Below are positions 58,518 to 64,000 of a stretch of DNA of 64,000 nt, piece by piece. Under the pieces are notes generated by a model that was not told the DNA's origin, searched no databases, and was given only the letters and a program-made list of their open reading frames with translations. Position numbers and translations under genes: made by a program. The DNA lies in the NCBI GenBank assembly GCA_030824805.1, contig JAPJRC010000004.1:10355-74354 (forward strand). The letters are read 5' to 3'. The first letter of the stretch is position 1. Each line of letters starts with the position of its first letter. Source of the stretch: Micavibrio sp. (GTDB lineage Bacteria; Pseudomonadota; Alphaproteobacteria; Micavibrionales; Micavibrionaceae).

Positions 58518-58784
58518 CTAAGCGGGCGTGCGGTCGGATACGGCGATAAAACTTTTATAGGTCACAACGCCGCCCGAGATTTCTTCGATCGCAGAAAGCC
58601 ACTCCCAACCAGGACGGCTTTTTTTCCTCCGCCATTTGGCGACATTTTTTGAAAGATTAAGAATCACCAGCTCATACTCGGCAGCGCTCTCGCTGGCATG
58701 TCTGGGCCGCAGATCACGAGCGAATTTCGTGCTGCTGATTTTCTTTTCGGTCAGGAATTGATCCAAGGAGGGCGGGGCGTTCAT
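58518..58784 (-). CDS. Cro-like HTH regulator
   Basis: 88 aa, divergent from the CI-like gene; HTH-like LDQFLTEKKISSTKFARDL. Confidence 0.55.
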   Translation of the reverse strand: MNAPPSLDQFLTEKKISSTKFARDLRPRHASESAAEYELVILNLSKNVAKWRRKKSRPGWEWLSAIEEISGGVVTYKSFIAVSDRTPA

Positions 58785-58792
58785 TTTCAGAT

Positions 58793-58813
58793 AATACGCA
58801 TGATAGGCGTATT
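58793..58813. promoter_or_regulatory. third copy of the TACGC-N7-GCGTA operator in the cro/cI intergenic region
   Basis: AATACGCATGATAGGCGTATT is the reverse orientation of the 63.2-kb operator, with a TTACGC half-site 16 bp downstream. Confidence 0.55.
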
Positions 58814-58880
58814 TCTGTCAAGCATCTTACGCCTGTAACGATATTTATTTATCTAACCATTTGTGTTTAATGAGTTTATT

Positions 58881-59408
58881 ATGCCTAGACCTAAAAGAAA
58901 AAATCGTTTTGCAAGGCCAGCGGTTGTATTGAAGATCATTCGCGAAAGCCTGGGACTAACTCAGTCGAATTTGGCCGCACTTGCCACGGACATCGCCCAG
59001 AAGGTTGATGAGGAATATCCTGAAATTACCCAGCAAACAATTGGTAAGCTGGAGAATGGTACCATCTCTTTATCGACAGAATGGATGCATATTTTGGTTC
59101 CAGCCCTCAATGCAAAAGTTGGCTACAATCGATACAAGCCATATCACCTGGCTGCCACCCCGGAAGAGCTGGACACGCTCTTGAACGAAAACGATGCTTC
59201 CCAATACGAAAAATTGCGTGCCAATCTTACGGCCCAAGAACAAGCGGCTTTTGACGCCGTCACTAAAGGGTGGTACGACACCCTTGTTGGTTCTCGGGAA
59301 GCCACTGAATTGGACAAGATGCGCAACAGTTTGACGGAGAAGGAACAAAAGGTTTTCGACGCAATGGCCAAAAGCTCTCTCGAAGCCATCAAGAACATGC
59401 GGAAATAA
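58881..59408 (+). CDS. CI-like HTH repressor (no peptidase domain)
   Basis: HTH VLKIIRESLGLTQSNLAALATDIAQ; start at MPRPKRKN. Confidence 0.65.
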   Translation: MPRPKRKNRFARPAVVLKIIRESLGLTQSNLAALATDIAQKVDEEYPEITQQTIGKLENGTISLSTEWMHILVPALNAKVGYNRYKPYHLAATPEELDTLLNENDASQYEKLRANLTAQEQAAFDAVTKGWYDTLVGSREATELDKMRNSLTEKEQKVFDAMAKSSLEAIKNMRK

Positions 59409-59419
59409 CCGGAGGAAAC

Positions 59420-59617
59420 ATGTCCATAGAAGCTTTGGTAGTTATCATCGTTGCGCTTGTTATTTACGTTTTGCCCTCATTGATCGCAGACAACAGAAAA
59501 CACTATAATTTCAAGGCCATACTTGCGGTGAATATCCTTACGGGATGGACCGGTTTCGGATGGATTGCGGCCCTGGTCTGGGCATTGACAAACAACGTCC
59601 GCCCAAGGCTCGCCTAA
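59420..59617 (+). CDS. superinfection immunity protein (Imm family small membrane protein)
   Basis: 65 aa, two TMs, the GW...GWIAALVWAL signature shared with T4 Imm-like proteins. Confidence 0.7.
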   Translation: MSIEALVVIIVALVIYVLPSLIADNRKHYNFKAILAVNILTGWTGFGWIAALVWALTNNVRPRLA

Positions 59618-59626
59618 CCCTCCCTT

Positions 59627-59965
59627 CTATCCTGTAGCCGTGCTCCAGTAACGCTCACAACGGCGATCTAGATTTTCATGATATTGACGATCAAGATTCC
59701 AAGCCTCCCCAGTGACGGCGCGGTAAATCTCCCAAAGCCCTTTCAGCGTTGTTTGATGTCCCGCAAGTTCCAAATTCAGGTAATGGCGCTGCATCAGAAA
59801 CCGAGCCTGTGCCAACTCTGCTTTGGTTTTCCTGTATTCGAGCAACTGACTGCGCACGCGCGTCCGCCACAACGCGACCTGGTCATGCAACATTTTAACG
59901 TCAAAAATCTGCGGCTCGACAATTTGGCGGCTTTGTAGGCCAAAAATACTCTGTATCTTACTCAT
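59627..59965 (-). CDS. hypothetical protein (moron)
   Basis: Start MSKIQSIFGLQ; no motif recognised. Confidence 0.5.
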   Translation of the reverse strand: MSKIQSIFGLQSRQIVEPQIFDVKMLHDQVALWRTRVRSQLLEYRKTKAELAQARFLMQRHYLNLELAGHQTTLKGLWEIYRAVTGEAWNLDRQYHENLDRRCERYWSTATG

Positions 59966-60076
59966 TTTACTCCCCACTAATCGTAAATAGTTAACTTCAC
60001 ACGGGAGGATTTTTATAGACAAAACCTTAAAGATTGATTAAGAACTGTACTGTATCACCCCAAAGGATACAAAATC

Positions 60077-60724
60077 ATGGTTATGCCGAGTCAATTTCGA
60101 GCCGCTAGAGGGCTCCTCAATCTTAAGCAACAAGACGTTGCTGAAGGTATCGGCGCGGCCAAAATGACCGTATCCGATCTTGAAAACGAGAAGTCTCAGC
60201 CAAAAGCACATACCGTTGATATGATGCGCCGCTTCTATGAGAGCCGGGGTGTGGAGTTCACGATCGATGGCGGCGTTCGCCCCTCTTCCAATTCTATCCA
60301 GATATTCGACGGTCCGGACTGTTACTTCCAGTTTATCAACGAGGCGCATTCCTATCTCGCGGCGCGTAAGGGTGAAATCCTGTTCAGCGGTGCCGACGAC
60401 CGTCGCTCTCCACCCGAGATCATCGAGAAGTTCCGCACCATGAAAGACGATGGCATTCGCATGCGCTCGCTGATCCGTCCGAATGATGACTATATCTTGG
60501 GCGGGCCGGAAGAATATCGCTGGATGCCGGCAGACCTGTTTGTCGAAGGCGATGTGAAGGCGATCTTTGAAGACCGCGTGGCATGGCTGGTCAGCTGGCT
60601 GAACAACCCCCGCGTTATTATGATCAAAGACCCGATCATCGCGCAGGAAGCCACCCGTACGTTTAACTTCATTTGGAGCCAGTCGGAAGGCCCGACGGAA
60701 TCCAGCGCGCCGGAGAGATATTGA
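60077..60724 (+). CDS. XRE-family HTH fused to an unknown ~140-aa C-terminal domain
   Basis: N-terminus has the alphaproteobacterial short-HTH pattern (FRAARGLLNLKQQDVAEGIGAAKMTVSDLENEKSQP...RGVEF); the C-terminal domain is unrecognised. Confidence 0.7.
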   Translation: MVMPSQFRAARGLLNLKQQDVAEGIGAAKMTVSDLENEKSQPKAHTVDMMRRFYESRGVEFTIDGGVRPSSNSIQIFDGPDCYFQFINEAHSYLAARKGEILFSGADDRRSPPEIIEKFRTMKDDGIRMRSLIRPNDDYILGGPEEYRWMPADLFVEGDVKAIFEDRVAWLVSWLNNPRVIMIKDPIIAQEATRTFNFIWSQSEGPTESSAPERY

Positions 60725-61416
60725 TGGCTATCGTTTCGGTAAAATCCCGCGGCGGATGGACGGAAGGCGGTAAGTTCTCGCTCGGCGTATCCATGGGTAG
60801 CGAGAACCACGATGGAGAAGCCCTGCAGGCCGTCGTAGACTGGATTAACGCTTCCTCTTTCGAAAGCGGAATTATAGACCTGTCTGACACGCTGTGCCGG
60901 TTTGGCTTCATGCTGGAAGGCCTTTACGAGGAGAGCGCGTATCTTGCATCGGTAAAGCTGGGCGATGAATGGCTGCGCCGTAATTCATCCATTCTTTCTT
61001 CTCTGGAAAAGCCCTGTCAGGTCATTCGGTGGGACACATGGCGCCGCCATGAAGATTTTGAAAGCGTGTCGGCCGAAGTTGAAGCCGCCTATAAAAAAAG
61101 CACGGCGTTGCGCCACGCTGTTTATGCCGACATCTCAGCCTATTACACCCGTAAGGATATTGCGCTCTCACCAGAGAAGGTCGGGCTCAGCACGCGGTAT
61201 TTTTTGGAAGAGCTCACCGCCCACACCCTCCTACACCGTATACATGATGTTGCGGCCATTTATCCCGGCAAGCAGCTTGAGTGCTATAAAATGGTGAGGC
61301 AGAAGAAGGTGGAATTTCCGGAAGGGATACCAGGTTCGGCGTTCGTGCGCCTTGTGCCGCATAGCTTTGCCAACACCCCCCAATTTTTACCACTTGTCGC
61401 CTCTAGCCAAGGCTAA
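60724..61416 (+). CDS. cyclodipeptide synthase-like protein (tRNA-dependent CDPS fold) - tentative
   Basis: TGATG coupling to the upstream gene; LGVSMGSENH resembles the CDPS catalytic GISxGNSxF block; ALQAVVDWINASSFESGIIDLSD aligns with AlbC LLQWAGQRFERTDVVYVD; RYFLEE (Y..E) and LECY fit the Y178/E182/Y202 positions. Confidence 0.45.
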   Translation: MAIVSVKSRGGWTEGGKFSLGVSMGSENHDGEALQAVVDWINASSFESGIIDLSDTLCRFGFMLEGLYEESAYLASVKLGDEWLRRNSSILSSLEKPCQVIRWDTWRRHEDFESVSAEVEAAYKKSTALRHAVYADISAYYTRKDIALSPEKVGLSTRYFLEELTAHTLLHRIHDVAAIYPGKQLECYKMVRQKKVEFPEGIPGSAFVRLVPHSFANTPQFLPLVASSQG

Positions 61417-61421
61417 ATATT

Positions 61422-62690
61422 TCAGCATCTCACCACCGGCAGTTCCTTAATATTCGTCGTAAAACATGGGCTCTTGCGGTCGAATTTGGTCCGCCATGTT
61501 GGCCTTACCCCCGCCGCCAGTGGTGCGATGCTCCCCCGCCCATACCGGTGGTTTATCCGGTCCATGGCCTGCATAAGATCGTCTGCCTTCTCCCGGTTGC
61601 CATATCCGTCCAGAAGTGCCGGTTGGTACTGGCTGATCGGTGAAAGATCCATCGTCATGATCCCACCTTTCATGTACCGCCTGCCCCGCTCCCAGCAATG
61701 TTGAACGACAGACTTGGCCGCGCCGACAATACGAATGGTATCGTTCGTGGTTTCAGGGAAATTGACCGTCATGGCGCTGTATTTGTAATCGGGCTCGTGC
61801 GGCGAGGTATGGAAGAACACCACCACGCTGTTGGCGCCCAGATTATCCTTCCGAAGCTTTTCCCCCATCCGTACGGCGTAAAAAGCCATAGCCTCTTCCA
61901 GACCGTCTTTCGTCGTGATGCGCTCGCCGAACATCCGGGAAACGGTGCAGCCCTTCCGGATCGGCGGAACGTCTTCCAGCGAGAGGCAGGACAATCCCCG
62001 CAGCTCGTATACGAGACGCTCCCCCACGACGGTCATCAGCTTGCGGGCCGATGTGGTCGGGAAGCTGATCAGGTCGTCGACATATTCAATCCCGAGCTTG
62101 TTCAGCTTGGCCGTCGACGCGAGCCCTATTCCCCACACTTCGGACACCGGAACAACCTCCGTCACCTCTTTGAATGTTTTCGGGTTTGTCAGGTCGCACA
62201 CGCCTTTGAATTCGGGCACATGCTTTGCCGTCCAGTTGGCAAGCTTTGCCAGCGTCTTTGTCGGGCCAATACCCACGCAGGTCGGAATGCCTGTCCATTG
62301 TTTTACTGTGTCCTTAAGCTCGGTTCCGAACTTGACCAGGTCGAGCCCCTTGAAGGCCGTAAGATCGAGAAAGCTTTCATCGATCGAGTAGGTTTCGATA
62401 TCGGGACAGAATTGCCGGTAGATCTCGTTCATCCGTGCGGACATATCGCCATAGAGCGTATAATTCGATGAGAACACCGCCACGTTGTTTCGCTTGCACA
62501 GGTCGCGGATTTTAAAGAACGGATCACCCATTTTTATACCGACGGCCTTTGCCTCCGCGGTTCGGGCCACGGCGCAGCCATCATTGTTCGACAGGACGAT
62601 AACGGGCCTCTTCTCCAGCTTTGGATCGAACACGCGCTCGCAGGAGCAGTAAAAGGAATTGCCATCGATCAGCGCGAAGACCCTGCTCAT
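61422..62690 (-). CDS. umuC: Y-family DNA polymerase V catalytic subunit
   Basis: [23 protein letters not shown]..., ImpB/MucB/UmuC family. Confidence 0.9.
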   Translation of the reverse strand: MSRVFALIDGNSFYCSCERVFDPKLEKRPVIVLSNNDGCAVARTAEAKAVGIKMGDPFFKIRDLCKRNNVAVFSSNYTLYGDMSARMNEIYRQFCPDIETYSIDESFLDLTAFKGLDLVKFGTELKDTVKQWTGIPTCVGIGPTKTLAKLANWTAKHVPEFKGVCDLTNPKTFKEVTEVVPVSEVWGIGLASTAKLNKLGIEYVDDLISFPTTSARKLMTVVGERLVYELRGLSCLSLEDVPPIRKGCTVSRMFGERITTKDGLEEAMAFYAVRMGEKLRKDNLGANSVVVFFHTSPHEPDYKYSAMTVNFPETTNDTIRIVGAAKSVVQHCWERGRRYMKGGIMTMDLSPISQYQPALLDGYGNREKADDLMQAMDRINHRYGRGSIAPLAAGVRPTWRTKFDRKSPCFTTNIKELPVVRC

Positions 62691-63130
62691 CGTTGCACCA
62701 GCATATGGATGTTGCAGCGGACCACGCCCCATATCTCGATATCAGATTCATCCGATGTGTTGAACTCGGGAAACTCCCTGTTATCGAAGGCAAGATGCGG
62801 GCGGCCCTTGATGTATTTGAGGCGCTTAAGGGATCTCTCCCCGTTTACCACCGCGATGACGATATCGCCGTTCTGAGGCTTGAGGCTTCGATCGATGACT
62901 AGGATATCGCCGCTGTATATCCCCGCATCTTTCATGGAATGGCCGATCACCCGCCAGAGAAACGTGGCCGGCTTGTTCCGGATCAGCTCGGTTTCAAGAT
63001 TGATGGGCTCGTCCAGATAATCACCCGCGGGGGATGGAAATCCGGCGCAGATGCTTTCCTGCACCATAGGCAGGACAAGGCCGCTGGAATTGCTTGGCCT
63101 GTTTTTCGTTGTCGGGATAAATGAGAACAT
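62687..63130 (-). CDS. umuD: UmuD-like LexA-family S24 peptidase
   Basis: Cleavage-site region [12 protein letters not shown], Ser/Lys dyad (GHSMKDAG...KRLK); start ambiguous (63067, 63130 or 63157); ATGA overlap with umuC. Confidence 0.85.
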   Translation of the reverse strand: MFSFIPTTKNRPSNSSGLVLPMVQESICAGFPSPAGDYLDEPINLETELIRNKPATFLWRVIGHSMKDAGIYSGDILVIDRSLKPQNGDIVIAVVNGERSLKRLKYIKGRPHLAFDNREFPEFNTSDESDIEIWGVVRCNIHMLVQR

Positions 63131-63139
63131 AAAGGGAAC
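63125..63139. promoter_or_regulatory. candidate alphaproteobacterial LexA (SOS) box GAAC-N7-GAAC
   Basis: GAACATAAAGGGAAC at the umuD 5-prime end (equivalent to GTTC-N7-GTTC on the coding strand). Confidence 0.5.
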
Positions 63140-63203
63140 GGAAACATAGGAGAACACCCTGAGTCAAATTAATTTCAAAACTGAAAAATCGATTATTTAA
63201 ATA

Positions 63204-63258
63204 ATTACGCCTATCATGCGTATTTACGCTTGACATGATTACGCCTATCATGCGTAAT
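63204..63258 (+). promoter_or_regulatory. promoter (TTGACA at 63230-63235) flanked by two copies of the TACGC-N7-GCGTA operator
   Basis: ATTACGCCTATCATGCGTA at 63204-63222 and ATTACGCCTATCATGCGTAAT at 63238-63258; -10-like CGTAAT 17 bp after the -35; drives the 63280 gene. Confidence 0.6.
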
Positions 63259-63279
63259 CGACATCAAAGGGAGCATGTC

Positions 63280-63441
63280 ATGCGTCGCACGATCTCACTA
63301 CAAACCATCGAACAAATAGAACGGAAAAATAGAAACGACGTCCTGGCGTTGCTGTTGATGGACGGTCTGGCCTTTCTTGGAATGATTGCAATCGTTCTCG
63401 TGATTTGCGTCGGCGCAGGTCTGGTGACGGGGGCTATATGA
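63280..63441 (+). CDS. small membrane protein (53 aa)
   Basis: MRRTISLQTIEQIERKNRND... then a TM (LALLLMDGLAFLGMIAIVLVICVGAGLV); RBS AAGGGAG. Confidence 0.5.
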   Translation: MRRTISLQTIEQIERKNRNDVLALLLMDGLAFLGMIAIVLVICVGAGLVTGAI

Positions 63442-63707
63442 AAGCAAACATCGCGATACAAACCATCGACATTGCACGCTTGATCCTTACGCATTGGGCC
63501 GCAGGCGAGACTGCGGATCAGAAAAAAATCATGAAGGCAGCCGTTCTGAACCGTGCCCAGTCACTTGTCGATTTGCGTTCGTCCCGGGTGGACGAGGCTT
63601 GTGTGCCGGCGTGCTGGGATGTGGCCATCAACCTGGCACGGTTTACCGCGTTCTCAACAAACCTTTCCATCCCAACCAAGGACAAGGAACATTCCCGATG
63701 CGCCTGA
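63438..63707 (+). CDS. hypothetical protein
   Basis: ATGA-coupled to the upstream gene; MKANIAIQTIDIARLIL... Confidence 0.45.
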   Translation: MKANIAIQTIDIARLILTHWAAGETADQKKIMKAAVLNRAQSLVDLRSSRVDEACVPACWDVAINLARFTAFSTNLSIPTKDKEHSRCA

Positions 63708-64000
63708 AGTTTCTGTCAGACATTTGGAACGATATCGAAGAGCGCATAATAACCCAATGCGCAGTTCTCCGACGTCGCCTGATTCTACAATATTGCAGAT
63801 CTGCCCCGACCTTTACGCTACGACACATGCTGGAAGCGATGGGTACGGAAGAGGCGCAGAAATCGCTGGTCTATATCGGGGCGTTACAACAGCATAGGCC
63901 CGATTACCCCTTCTCTGATCTTGCAAGGTTTCAATCCCAAATCATGCATGTGGCGGAAAATCATAGCCATCGCTGGCTGATGGAAGAAGCACTGGCGCAA
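63698..64000 (+). CDS. hypothetical protein, 5-prime part (runs off the window)
   Basis: Open frame MRLKFLSDIWNDIEERIITQCAVLRRRL... with no stop before the window end; overlaps the previous gene. Confidence 0.4.
   Translation, partial: MRLKFLSDIWNDIEERIITQCAVLRRRLILQYCRSAPTFTLRHMLEAMGTEEAQKSLVYIGALQQHRPDYPFSDLARFQSQIMHVAENHSHRWLMEEALAQ

Larger units (their letters stand above)
27955..64000. mobile_element. siphovirus-type prophage integrated at tRNA-Phe (right end beyond the window)
   Basis: An integrase 150 bp after the tRNA, followed by tail, lysis, head, replication, immunity and moron genes; AT-richer islands; no attR repeat visible within the window. Confidence 0.85.

Noticed and set aside
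27955-64000. Search for attR (a repeat of the tRNA-Phe 3-prime end) inside the window
   Set aside because: No match to GGTTCGATTCCGTCCCTGGGCACCA or its core was seen, so the right prophage boundary cannot be placed from this window

Overview
The window is a roughly 58% GC alphaproteobacterial chromosome segment in two parts. Positions 1-27.9 kb are housekeeping genes and 27.9-64.0 kb is a siphovirus-type prophage integrated at tRNA-Phe.

Host part (1-27.9 kb), left to right: mdh (partial); a DUF2336-like protein; zapE; tatC-tatB-tatA, scpB, scpA, nagZ and a SPOR protein, all on the minus strand; dGTPase; erpA; a PQQ-type sugar dehydrogenase; an SDR plus a Zn-formaldehyde dehydrogenase pair; xthA; two lipoproteins; a CBS protein; an SH3b protein; a SAM-methyltransferase; tRNA-Thr; an outer-membrane beta-barrel protein; dcd-murA; hisG plus a UPF0262 protein; infA-maf-rng; and tRNA-Phe(GAA).

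Prophage part: an integrase sits 150 bp after tRNA-Phe, and no attR is visible inside the window. Reading away from the integrase the prophage carries:
- a GIY-YIG nuclease and an SRAP/YedK protein;
- an SGNH-esterase tail-fibre-like protein;
- a lysis cassette (overlapped o-spanin/i-spanin, a lambda-R-type endolysin, a holin);
- a tail module (fibre, J-like protein, NlpC/P60, hub proteins, tape measure, a G/GT chaperone pair with an A-AAA-AAA -1 slippery site, tube, terminator);
- a lambda-like head module (E, D, C/S49 protease, B portal, W, A terminase, small terminase);
- a 1.25-kb non-coding structured region;
- a replication/regulation module (DnaB, a GcrA homologue, wHTH and Cro/CI-like regulators);
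- a moron island (a superinfection-immunity protein, and an XRE-HTH fusion protein translationally coupled to a cyclodipeptide-synthase-like protein);
- umuDC with an alphaproteobacterial GAAC-N7-GAAC SOS box;
- a rightward operon of small unknown genes driven by a promoter sandwiched between two copies of a TACGC-N7-GCGTA operator, which also occurs in the cro/cI intergenic region.

No CRISPR array, IS element or rRNA was seen. The most interesting candidate for something undescribed is the coupled HTH-fusion plus CDPS-like gene pair at 60.1-61.4 kb.
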